Shown: positions 7,435 to 16,371, counted from the stretch's first letter. The stretch: 46,109 nt of DNA from Candidatus Peregrinibacteria bacterium (GCA_014729275.1 WJKE01000055.1:1-46109), one strand, 5' to 3'. A program made the numbers and translations. Notes: generated from the letters alone by a model not told the origin.

Positions 7435-9828
7435 ATGTTAAAAAAAATATTCGGACATCACGGTATTTTAGGCATTAATGCAAGAAATTTGCTTTATTTA
7501 AGGCCATACAATCCCAAAAAAGCTATAAAACTTGCAGACGATAAAATTAAAACCAAACAATTCCTGGCAGCAAGAGAAATTCCTGTACCAAAATTATTTA
7601 ATATAATCAAAAATCCCGAAGAACTGGAAAAATTTAATTTCGAATCTTTACCAAATTCCTTTGTACTCAAACCAAATAACGGATACGGAGGAGAGGGAAT
7701 AATTCCAATAGTCGATAAAAAGGACGGATACTTTATTACTTCAAGCGGCAAGAAGTTGAATAAATATGACCTAAAAGAGCACATTAACGATATTTTGGAT
7801 GGACGTTTTTCAATATCAAATGTTGGAGATATAGCGTTTTTTGAACAGTTAGTTGTTGCTGATGAAAGAATTGGAAAATTTTCCTATAAAGGGCTTCCAG
7901 ATATCAGAGTTGTGGTTCACAATTTAATTCCGGTAATGGCCATGCTTAGGCTTCCCACAAAGGAGTCTGATGGAAAAGCAAATCTGCACCTCGGAGCGGT
8001 AGGTGTAGGAATAGACATTTCAAATGGTAAAGCCACACATATAACCTACAAAAACAGGATAATAGATGAATTGCCCGACAATAAAGGAAAAATTAAAGGC
8101 GAAAAAATTCCCTATTGGGATGAAATTTTAACCATTGCATCTAAAGCGCAATTAATTACAAACCTGGGATATCTTGCAGCTGATATTTGTATAGATAAAA
8201 ATACAGGGCCTGTAGTGCTGGAGTTAAATGCAAGAGCTGGGCTGGGCGTACAAATTGCAAATCTCGCCCCATTAAGAAAAAGATTGGAAAGGATTGAGGG
8301 AGTAAAAGTTACAAAGCCCGTAAAAGGTGTAAGAATTGCCAAAGATATGTTTGGCAACGTTGTTGAAAAAGAAATAAAAGAAATATCCGGAAAAGAAGTT
8401 ATAACCGCAGATGAAAAAGTAGAACTGATAAATAAAAAAGGAACAATCCAGGTTAAAACAAAAATAGACACCGGAAGAGAAAGATCCGTAATAGACGAAG
8501 AGTTTGCAAGTAAAAACAATCTTTTAGAAGATGAAAATTACGACGATGAGCAAGCCACAGTTAAAATAAAATTTAATATAAAAGGAAGACGTAAACAAAC
8601 AATTGCAGATTTGGAAAAATTTTCGAATAAAGATTACAAGATAATACTGGGCCGCAGGGATTTAAAAGATTTCCTCATCGATACCTCGATACAGGAAAAA
8701 AATGATATCAAAATTAAGAAAAAGAAAAAAAATTCAGTAAAAACCGGAACACCCACAAACTTCTACAAAATTGATAATATGCTCAGCAATGTAGATAATA
8801 AAATCAAGCTCCTTTACCATTTAAGGCCACTAAATCTTGAGTCCGAGAAAAAGAAATTTTTCAAAAACAAAAATTACAATCCTAATTTGGAATATCCGGC
8901 ATTAAAATTTAACCCCATGGATTTAATCGATGCACTAAATAAAATTAAGCCGGATGACTCACCATTAGGGATAATTTACAATGAAAAGAAAAAAGAAATA
9001 TTAAACAAGATAAAACTTCTTGAAAGCATTAATGAGGAAGACTTTACTAAATATTCAATAAAACTTTTTGGTGAGCCAAGCGAAAAAGATGTAAGTAACT
9101 GTATAGACTTCATAAAAACCATTGATTTTAAGAATATTAAAAAACATAAAAAATTATATAACTCAAATGATGCTCTAAAGGCATTTAACAAGGTTTTTGA
9201 TAAGTATGATCTACCCAATTGGAAGGTCAAAATTAAAGAAAATATGGTTGCAAATTGTGTCGCCGGTAAAAACAATAGGCTATTTGTTAGAGAAGGAGCA
9301 GAATTTGATAGAGATAGAATTGAAGCATTAATAGTTCACGAAATAGAAACGCACATTCTAACTGCCGAGAATGGAAAAATGCAACCATATGAAATCTTTA
9401 AGCGAGGTACAGCAAATTACTTAAAAACACAGGAAGGACTGGCAATGTATAACGTAGAAAAACAAAGACATGAACCATTTTTTAAAAACTATAAAGCCTT
9501 AGGACATGTAGTGGCAATAAGCACCAGTTTAAAAGGATCATTTTCTGATGCATATAAAGCATTAAGAGAATTGGGAATTCCAAAAGAGCAGGCATTTAGA
9601 TCGGCATTAAAGTCTAAAAGGGGATACTACGACACCTCGCAGCCGGGTGCATTTACCAAAGATTTTATTTATTACAAAGGCTACATGGAAATTAAAAAAT
9701 ATTTTGATGAAGGAGGGGATATAAAAATGCTTTACATAGGAAAAATCAGCATAGATGACATAGAGATCATAAAAAAAATCCGGGAATTAAAAGAACCTTT
9801 CATTCTTCCTGAGTGGATTAAAAAATAA
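7435..9828 (+). CDS. Tri-domain protein: RimK/alpha-L-glutamate-ligase-like ATP-grasp + retropepsin-like (RimB/'ATP-dependent Zn protease' family) peptidase + DUF1704/MATCAP-like QEGLA-motif metallopeptidase
   Basis: 797 aa, starting 1 nt after the upstream stop. The N-terminus GILGINARNLLYLRPYNPKKAIKLADDKIKTKQFL matches the ATP-grasp 'alpha-L-glutamate ligase-like' family start. The middle has KTKIDTGRERSVID (DTG at nt 8467-8475) and ILGRRDLKDFLID. The C-terminal part has HEIETH (nt 9337-9354) and QEGLA (nt 9430-9444). Confidence 0.65.
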   Translation: MLKKIFGHHGILGINARNLLYLRPYNPKKAIKLADDKIKTKQFLAAREIPVPKLFNIIKNPEELEKFNFESLPNSFVLKPNNGYGGEGIIPIVDKKDGYFITSSGKKLNKYDLKEHINDILDGRFSISNVGDIAFFEQLVVADERIGKFSYKGLPDIRVVVHNLIPVMAMLRLPTKESDGKANLHLGAVGVGIDISNGKATHITYKNRIIDELPDNKGKIKGEKIPYWDEILTIASKAQLITNLGYLAADICIDKNTGPVVLELNARAGLGVQIANLAPLRKRLERIEGVKVTKPVKGVRIAKDMFGNVVEKEIKEISGKEVITADEKVELINKKGTIQVKTKIDTGRERSVIDEEFASKNNLLEDENYDDEQATVKIKFNIKGRRKQTIADLEKFSNKDYKIILGRRDLKDFLIDTSIQEKNDIKIKKKKKNSVKTGTPTNFYKIDNMLSNVDNKIKLLYHLRPLNLESEKKKFFKNKNYNPNLEYPALKFNPMDLIDALNKIKPDDSPLGIIYNEKKKEILNKIKLLESINEEDFTKYSIKLFGEPSEKDVSNCIDFIKTIDFKNIKKHKKLYNSNDALKAFNKVFDKYDLPNWKVKIKENMVANCVAGKNNRLFVREGAEFDRDRIEALIVHEIETHILTAENGKMQPYEIFKRGTANYLKTQEGLAMYNVEKQRHEPFFKNYKALGHVVAISTSLKGSFSDAYKALRELGIPKEQAFRSALKSKRGYYDTSQPGAFTKDFIYYKGYMEIKKYFDEGGDIKMLYIGKISIDDIEIIKKIRELKEPFILPEWIKK

Positions 9829-10828
9829 ACATAGAATCCCCAAAACTAAAAAATCTATAGTTATTTGTTTTTGCTATTTCATATAACTCCATAATTTTGG
9901 AGATGGGATCTTTTACGCCCTTATGTTCTAAAAAAGAAGCAACAAGCATGATAAGTGTACTTTTAGGAAGATGAAAGTTAGTGATTAAAGAATCAACAGC
10001 CTTCCACTTATACGAACCCGGATAAATAAAAATATCAGTAGTTGACTTTTCCCCCCTAAACCTGTTAAATTTTTTATAATTCGACTCAAGCACCCTTACA
10101 GAAGTTGTGCCAACAGCTACAATTTTCTTGCCATCCTGCATAAAAGAATTCAGATTACCTGCAGTAGATTCCGAAATTTCGTATTCCTCCTCATGCATAG
10201 AGTGTTCACTAATATCTGAAGTTTTAACAGGTAAAAAAGTACCTCTCCCAACATGCAATGTAACTAATTCAGAATTAACTCCTTTATTATGTAAAGACTT
10301 AAGTAAGTCCTTTGTGAAATGTAGACCGGCTGTAGGCGCAGCTACAGATCCTTCCTCATTTGCATACACAGTTTGATAGCGGGAAAGATCAACATTCTCA
10401 TTTTTAATATATGGAGGTAGGGGAATTTTGGCCAAAGTTCTAGCTTCTACGCCAGAAAATTTAATTACACGCGTTCCATCTTCAAGAACATCTTCAACAT
10501 GGCATTCAACATCATTAACAGAAAAGGTTTTACCTTTTTTAAAAAATCGACCTGGCCTAACCATACAAACGTAAGTAAATTCATCAATTCTCTTTAATAA
10601 AAAGATTTCCTTATTTTCAAACAAAATTCTGGCTGGAACAACCTTAGACTGATTCATTACAAGAACGTGTTCAGGCCCTAAAAAACTTACAATATCTGAA
10701 AATGACTTGTGAGAAACCAGATTATTGAGAGTATCGTAAATAAGCAGTTTAGATTCATCCCGTCTTTGTGAAGGACACTGAGCTATAAATTTTTCATCAA
10801 GCTCAAAATCGAAATCACTTAGTTTCAT
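9818..10828 (-). CDS. queA: S-adenosylmethionine:tRNA ribosyltransferase-isomerase
   Basis: 336 aa. Canonical QueA start (MKLSDFDFELDEKFIAQCPSQRRDESKLL), plus VAAPTAGLHFT and VGTTSVRVLES motifs. Confidence 0.92.
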   Translation of the reverse strand: MKLSDFDFELDEKFIAQCPSQRRDESKLLIYDTLNNLVSHKSFSDIVSFLGPEHVLVMNQSKVVPARILFENKEIFLLKRIDEFTYVCMVRPGRFFKKGKTFSVNDVECHVEDVLEDGTRVIKFSGVEARTLAKIPLPPYIKNENVDLSRYQTVYANEEGSVAAPTAGLHFTKDLLKSLHNKGVNSELVTLHVGRGTFLPVKTSDISEHSMHEEEYEISESTAGNLNSFMQDGKKIVAVGTTSVRVLESNYKKFNRFRGEKSTTDIFIYPGSYKWKAVDSLITNFHLPKSTLIMLVASFLEHKGVKDPISKIMELYEIAKTNNYRFFSFGDSMFIF

Positions 10829-10831
10829 AAA

Positions 10832-11965
10832 TTACCATTTAGTCTCTATCTTTTGAGTTTCAGAACCTTTATACTCCTTATCCTTTTCCAATACAATCAA
10901 AGTCATATCATCATCCTGTTTATGATCCTGCATAAAAGTTGAAACATCCTTCGCTACATGGTAATTAAGACCTTCAGCGGAATATTGTGAAGCATGTTCC
11001 TTAATAGCTTCCTCTAGACGTTTTAAACCAAATAGCTCACCATTATTATTCCTGGCCTCTGTAATTCCATCTGTGTAAAGAATTACAAAATCGCCATCAT
11101 TCAATTCAATTTCCTTTTCAGTAATAAGCTTAGAGTTATCCGGAACCATACCAAGTGCGATACCACCTGATAAAATTTCACTACATTCACCCGTTAAATT
11201 ACGATAAACAAGTATATGTTCATGTCCAGCCCCTACATAAGTGAGACTTTGCTCTTTATGATCCCAACAAAGCATAACCATGGTCATGAACATTGCTTTT
11301 TTAACATGGGTTTTAATATGCTTATTAACATTTATAAGAACATCATAAGGATTATCATACATTTCGGCAAAAACCGATACCAATGAATTAACCATAGTCA
11401 TTATTAAACCGGCTGCCACTCCATGACCTGTAACATCTCCGACATAAATATAAGTTTTATCATCAGACGTAATAATATTAAAACTATCTCCACCAACTTC
11501 GGAAGCAGGACGATTTTTTGCAACAATTTGCATACCTGGTAGGGTGGGGGATACTAATGGCAAAATATCTCTTTGTAGATCATGAGCAATGGTTAATTCC
11601 TCAAGCATTCGCTCTCTATCCTTAATATCTGCACTTGCCTTTCCGAGACCGGCAATAACCTGATTAAAAAAATGTGCTAAAGTACCAATTTCATCTATTC
11701 TTGTTGTAAAAATTTTAGAATAACGACGTCCCGCTAAAAGTGCATCAACCTGTTTAAGAATAATCCGAATGGGACTCACAATATCAATCCAATAAAAAAA
11801 TATGAATAATAAAGATAATCCCCCCAAAGAAGCAACAAAATAAACTAAAGGAATGGCTTCAATATTGAAATATCTTAATCCGAAAAAAAGCGCCCCAATT
11901 ACCAAAGACAATATAATAAGGTTAAATATAAGTTTGGAAATTAAGTTTTTACGGATAAAAACCAT
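10832..11965 (-). CDS. Membrane-anchored HAMP-domain PP2C/SpoIIE-family serine phosphatase (RsbU/RsbP-like)
   Basis: 377 aa. Two N-terminal TM helices and a HAMP-like linker (IRIILKQVDALLAGRRYSKIFTTRIDEIGTLAHFFNQV). PP2C/SpoIIE motifs GGDSFNI, GDVTGHGVAAGLIM, LYTDGITEA and DDMTLIVL. Confidence 0.82.
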   Translation of the reverse strand: MVFIRKNLISKLIFNLIILSLVIGALFFGLRYFNIEAIPLVYFVASLGGLSLLFIFFYWIDIVSPIRIILKQVDALLAGRRYSKIFTTRIDEIGTLAHFFNQVIAGLGKASADIKDRERMLEELTIAHDLQRDILPLVSPTLPGMQIVAKNRPASEVGGDSFNIITSDDKTYIYVGDVTGHGVAAGLIMTMVNSLVSVFAEMYDNPYDVLINVNKHIKTHVKKAMFMTMVMLCWDHKEQSLTYVGAGHEHILVYRNLTGECSEILSGGIALGMVPDNSKLITEKEIELNDGDFVILYTDGITEARNNNGELFGLKRLEEAIKEHASQYSAEGLNYHVAKDVSTFMQDHKQDDDMTLIVLEKDKEYKGSETQKIETKW

Positions 11966-11966
11966 A

Positions 11967-12320
11967 TTAACTGTTTAGGAAATCATTAAGATCAGAATAT
12001 ATTTTTATAACTTCCTTAATTCCAATTGCAGAAAAAATGTCCTGAATATTGGGCTTCAGACCAACAATAACAAGTTCGCGCCCTCTTTGAGTTAGATGAG
12101 TGTGAATCTCAATTAAATATCCAATGGCTTCACTATTAATAAAGTTCAATCCGGAGAAATCAAATACAAGCGATTTGCCGGAAAAAGCCTGGATTACGCC
12201 ATCAAGTTTTTCCCTAATATCATTATGACCGGCTTTGTCGAAATCACCACTAAAGGATATTAGTTGATAATTTTTTTCAGAATCTAATTCTGAAATTTTT
12301 AAATCTAAATTTGATTCCAT
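11967..12320 (-). CDS. STAS-domain anti-sigma-factor antagonist (SpoIIAA/RsbV-like)
   Basis: 117 aa. VFDFSGLNFINSEAIGYLI carries the conserved phosphorylatable Ser context. The C-terminal part (VGLKPNIQDIFSAIGI) is typical of STAS. Confidence 0.8.
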   Translation of the reverse strand: MESNLDLKISELDSEKNYQLISFSGDFDKAGHNDIREKLDGVIQAFSGKSLVFDFSGLNFINSEAIGYLIEIHTHLTQRGRELVIVGLKPNIQDIFSAIGIKEVIKIYSDLNDFLNS

Positions 12321-12330
12321 AGTATATTGA

Positions 12331-14697
12331 TTAATGAATAATATATTTATTTATGTTTTCAATTTCATCATACTCCTCAGCCAAACAATAAAGCCATTTA
12401 AGAGTTTTCAAATTTGCTTGATCGAGTGTACTGAGTTTATTACCCTCATTTTTAATAAAAGTATCCACTCTATCAGAAACAATTTGCTTAACAATTTTAT
12501 CAATATTTTTAAAAACGCGCACGTCAACATTTCTAAGTCGCTCTTTTATATCTTTGGATATATCTTTTGAGCTTGAAAATATTAAATCAACAAGAACAGG
12601 TAAAGAATCATAATAACCCATTTTTGCAAGGGCCAAAGATGCCTGGATTTTTTCCTCCAAATTTTGTGAATACAAATAAGATAGACAAAGCTTACGTTTA
12701 TTTTTTAAATTCAGCTCGCCAATAGCATATAAAGCTAAAGAAACCTTTCTTGCATCTTTCGTAGCTAAAAACTCATTAATTTTCTTGATCGCTAATTTTA
12801 AATAAGATTTTACCCGACCAATTGAAATTGCCGTATTAATTTCCAATAGGTCATCTCCTGATTTTAAATAAGGCAAAATTAGCTTAGAAAGTGTTTCATC
12901 CCTATAATTTCCCAATGTATAAATAATTTCCGGCTTTAAATCTTCAGCCTTATCGTCCAGTAGATGAACCAGATAGTCAACAGTGCTTGTATAGCTCAAC
13001 ATACTTAAAGCATTAATAATTTTAACGCGTATTCTATGATTTTCCTCGTGCGTATACATTTCTTTAAGTTGCTCTATAATTTGTATTCTAAGATAAAGAT
13101 GCTTTTGAAGATAACGGGAAATATTTTTAAACTCTATTATGGCATTTACCGCAGCCTCACGTAATGCGGATTTTTCACTTTTTAAAAGCTCCAAAACCGT
13201 AGGTAAAGACTTGTAATAATTCAGCTCTAAAAGAGCCTTAATAATTTTAATTCTAATTGAAACTGACTCCTCTTCATTAGCCAAAACCTTCATTAAAACC
13301 TTAGCCGAAGTTCTGTGCCCTTTTTGAGCAAGTATATCAATAGCGTTAAATCGAATTTTTTTACACTTCTCATTAAATAAATCATTTATAGCCGCTTTCG
13401 AATAATTTCTTTGTTGAAGATAAGTAATTGCTCCAAGAGCGCAAATAACACAAATCATTGATAGATTTAGCGCAAAAACCAAAGACTCACCGAAAAAAAT
13501 CGCCTGAAGCGAGAAAAGAATCGCAGTACCTAAAATTGCTCCAACAGGTCTAACAATTCCCTCAAGTAATTCTCTGGTATGCTCTCGCAAATTCTCTTTA
13601 ACCGCATAATAGGCAGAGTGGTAGGCATTATTTTGAAGCACAGATGTAATTGTGTAATTATTCTTTGCCAAAACAGCAGAGCTAAATCCAAAATTTACTG
13701 TTAAGCCAAAAATACTCAACAAAGTTACAAGCGGATGAACCAGCATTGAACCAATAACACCCAAAGAATTAATTAATCTGCCTCCAACAAAAAATTGGAC
13801 AACAAGCGCGGTGGAACTGAATATTATAAATAAGGCACCCAGATCATGCACAAATGAATGTTCAAATCCACTACCCGCATCTAAAACAACATCGGAAACA
13901 TTATTATAAACAGCCTTTGTATATTGAAATTCCAAAAGATTAAAAAGTATCCATTGGAAAAGTACAATTAAAAATAATCCCTTTAAAAAATCCCTATGCC
14001 TATCCCTGGCAAATTCAATTTTTAGCTTATCGATAAGATTAATTGCACTCCTTTTTACCTCACGTTTTACAAGAACCGATATTTTCGAAAAATAATTCTC
14101 ATAAAAAAGAAGAGCGGGAATCTGGAGTAAAATTAATCCTATCCAAATATATGTAAACTTATAAACCTCCAGGCTGGATGAAAAAAGAACAACCAAAAGA
14201 CCTGCTAAAATTCCTCCCATTGTCAGAGAGGATTCAATAAGCGGAAAAGTCCTTTCACTCTGTAATGGAGTAAACATTTTTTCAGTGAAACTATCAATAA
14301 GAAGCTTTAATTGAGTTAAAAAAACAGCCTCCGCAACAATTAATAACAAGAAAAAGGCATTTTTATTAAAATCATAAATATACACCGAAAGAAGCAAAGG
14401 AATACATGCCAAAATTACAGTGTAAATCATTAACTTCTTTGTCTGAATCCTGTCTAAAATGGATGAATAAAGAATAGTACCTAAAATAGTAAAAAATCCA
14501 TTAAGTATAAAAAGAAAAGGCAATTTCGAAATACCATATTTACTAACAAATAAGGCAACAATCACCGTCCAACCCGTAACAAATGCAGCTCTGTAAAGAA
14601 ATTTTATCGACCAGGATGCCAATATTTTTGGCCATTCACCCGGATGAACATTAAATATTCTATTTACAACCGATAATAAGGAAAAATTATATAACAT
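12331..14697 (-). CDS. Multi-pass transporter (MFS / ATP:ADP-translocase-like fold) fused to C-terminal HEAT repeats
   Basis: 788 aa. About 12 hydrophobic helices over the first ~430 aa. The N-terminus (VHPGEWPKILASWSIKFLY) resembles TLC/MFS-HEAT fusion proteins. The C-terminal ~350 aa consist of repeated helical HEAT-like units (SIRIKIIKALLEL..., ALREAAVNAIIEF..., RIRVKIINALSML...). Confidence 0.6.
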   Translation of the reverse strand: MLYNFSLLSVVNRIFNVHPGEWPKILASWSIKFLYRAAFVTGWTVIVALFVSKYGISKLPFLFILNGFFTILGTILYSSILDRIQTKKLMIYTVILACIPLLLSVYIYDFNKNAFFLLLIVAEAVFLTQLKLLIDSFTEKMFTPLQSERTFPLIESSLTMGGILAGLLVVLFSSSLEVYKFTYIWIGLILLQIPALLFYENYFSKISVLVKREVKRSAINLIDKLKIEFARDRHRDFLKGLFLIVLFQWILFNLLEFQYTKAVYNNVSDVVLDAGSGFEHSFVHDLGALFIIFSSTALVVQFFVGGRLINSLGVIGSMLVHPLVTLLSIFGLTVNFGFSSAVLAKNNYTITSVLQNNAYHSAYYAVKENLREHTRELLEGIVRPVGAILGTAILFSLQAIFFGESLVFALNLSMICVICALGAITYLQQRNYSKAAINDLFNEKCKKIRFNAIDILAQKGHRTSAKVLMKVLANEEESVSIRIKIIKALLELNYYKSLPTVLELLKSEKSALREAAVNAIIEFKNISRYLQKHLYLRIQIIEQLKEMYTHEENHRIRVKIINALSMLSYTSTVDYLVHLLDDKAEDLKPEIIYTLGNYRDETLSKLILPYLKSGDDLLEINTAISIGRVKSYLKLAIKKINEFLATKDARKVSLALYAIGELNLKNKRKLCLSYLYSQNLEEKIQASLALAKMGYYDSLPVLVDLIFSSSKDISKDIKERLRNVDVRVFKNIDKIVKQIVSDRVDTFIKNEGNKLSTLDQANLKTLKWLYCLAEEYDEIENINKYIIH

Positions 14698-14757
14698 TTA
14701 AAATTTAAGGATTTTAGGTTCAATAATTCAAATTATTATAACATAAATCGTAGGCTA

Positions 14758-14791
14758 AAACAAGCACATAGGGCTAATTAAATGCTTGTTT
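14758..14791. promoter_or_regulatory. 9-bp inverted repeat in the divergent promoter region between the transporter-HEAT operon and murJ
   Basis: AAACAAGCA (14758-14766), 16 nt, TGCTTGTTT (14783-14791). It lies between two divergently transcribed starts, so an operator is more likely than a terminator. Confidence 0.3.
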
Positions 14792-14808
14792 TTGTGTAAA
14801 ATCAAGTT

Positions 14809-16371
14809 ATGCGAAAATTCTTTAAACCAATTGGTATAGGAGGAGCCTCAGCCCTAATTTCAGTAACTTCTTTACTGAGTTACATAATAGGTCTGTTTAG
14901 GGACAGAATTATTGCTGTTAATTTTGGTACAAGTGACGCAACCGACACATTTTACGCATCATTTTTAATTCCGGACATGCTCTTTAACTTATTTATAGCA
15001 GGAGCTCTTTCAGCCGCATTTTTACCGGTTTTTACACATTACCTGGGGAAAGACAAAAAGGAGGCACAAATTATTGCAAGTACAATGCTTACAGGTGCAT
15101 CAATTTTAATAATATTTTTGGCTGTAATTTCCTTCATATTCATGGAGAGTATTATTCCCATAGCATTTCCGGACGCAAGTCCCACAATGCAGAACAATAT
15201 TATTAATGTTACAAGATTAATTTTACCCTCAGCCATATTATTCGCCATAAGCAACACCTTGGGCAATATTTTAATGTCCTATAGGCACTTTTTGGCTTAT
15301 TCACTTTCCCCCATACTCTACAATTTTGGGATAATACTAGGGGTAAGTATTTTTGCTGATAAAATAGGTATATATTCTGCGGCAATTGGCGTATTAATCG
15401 GAGCAACAATGCATTGTGCAATGAGAATTTTTGACATCTTCAACACTGATTATAGATACGAGCCCAAATTGGAATTAAGACACCCGGGCTTTAAAAAAAT
15501 ATTAAAACTAATGATCCCCAAATCAATAAGCTTAATTGCCTGGCAGTTAAATTTATATATTTACGCGGTAATTGGAATAAGAATAATAGAGGGAGGATTG
15601 GCTGCATTCAATTTTGCCAGAAATATTCAGAGTGTTGCTGTAAGTTTATTTGGGATAGCTTTTGCTACAGCGGTATTTCCTCATTTAACGAGCACAATTT
15701 CAGAAAATAATAAAACCGCGTACACTGAACATATAAGAAAAACAGCACAAAGAATTTTATTTTTTACAGTTCCGGCTATGGTAGGAGTAGCGTTATTAGC
15801 CGATCCAATAGTTGCACTAATATTAAAAGGAGGAGTGTTTAACGAAAAATCAGTAGAAATGACAAGTGTAATTTTGCTATATTTTGCAATTTCAATTCCA
15901 TTCGAGAGCCTTGTCCACATATTGGCAAGAGCCTTTTATGCAATGCAAAATACATTAAAACCAATGTTGATAAACATAACAGCCATGACAATAATAGCCC
16001 TAATAACAATATTTATTGCACCTAAATTCGGATACAAATGGTTTTCAATAGGCTTTTCAATCGGGCTGATGGTTCAGGTTTTACTATTAACCACTTTCCT
16101 CTCAAGATATATGGAAAACTTTAAATTAAAAGAATTTTCAAAAAGCCTGGGAAAAACTGCATTAGCAAGTGTTGTAATGGCGATTACAATTTATTTTAGT
16201 TTTAGACTTGGAAATATTATTACAGACAATATTCTAACAGTTATGCAAATAGCAATAGGCGGAGCGATATACTTAATTACCGCAGCATTATTAAAGTCTA
16301 AAGAAATTACAAGTATAAAGTATGTTTTAGATAGAATATTCAAAAAATCAACATATGAAAAAACAGATTAA
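14809..16371 (+). CDS. murJ: Lipid II flippase MurJ/MviN
   Basis: 520 aa, ~14 TM helices. The N-terminal signature (LSYIIGLFRDRIIAVNFGTSDATDTFYASFLIPDMLFNLFIAGALSAAFLPVF) is canonical MurJ. Confidence 0.9.
   Translation: MRKFFKPIGIGGASALISVTSLLSYIIGLFRDRIIAVNFGTSDATDTFYASFLIPDMLFNLFIAGALSAAFLPVFTHYLGKDKKEAQIIASTMLTGASILIIFLAVISFIFMESIIPIAFPDASPTMQNNIINVTRLILPSAILFAISNTLGNILMSYRHFLAYSLSPILYNFGIILGVSIFADKIGIYSAAIGVLIGATMHCAMRIFDIFNTDYRYEPKLELRHPGFKKILKLMIPKSISLIAWQLNLYIYAVIGIRIIEGGLAAFNFARNIQSVAVSLFGIAFATAVFPHLTSTISENNKTAYTEHIRKTAQRILFFTVPAMVGVALLADPIVALILKGGVFNEKSVEMTSVILLYFAISIPFESLVHILARAFYAMQNTLKPMLINITAMTIIALITIFIAPKFGYKWFSIGFSIGLMVQVLLLTTFLSRYMENFKLKEFSKSLGKTALASVVMAITIYFSFRLGNIITDNILTVMQIAIGGAIYLITAALLKSKEITSIKYVLDRIFKKSTYEKTD

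Noticed and set aside
7494-9275. Three minus-strand ORFs (7494-7784, 8112-8519, 8976-9275) inside the ATP-grasp fusion gene
   Set aside because: They are low-complexity hydrophobic shadow ORFs, and the plus-strand frame carries continuous recognisable domains.
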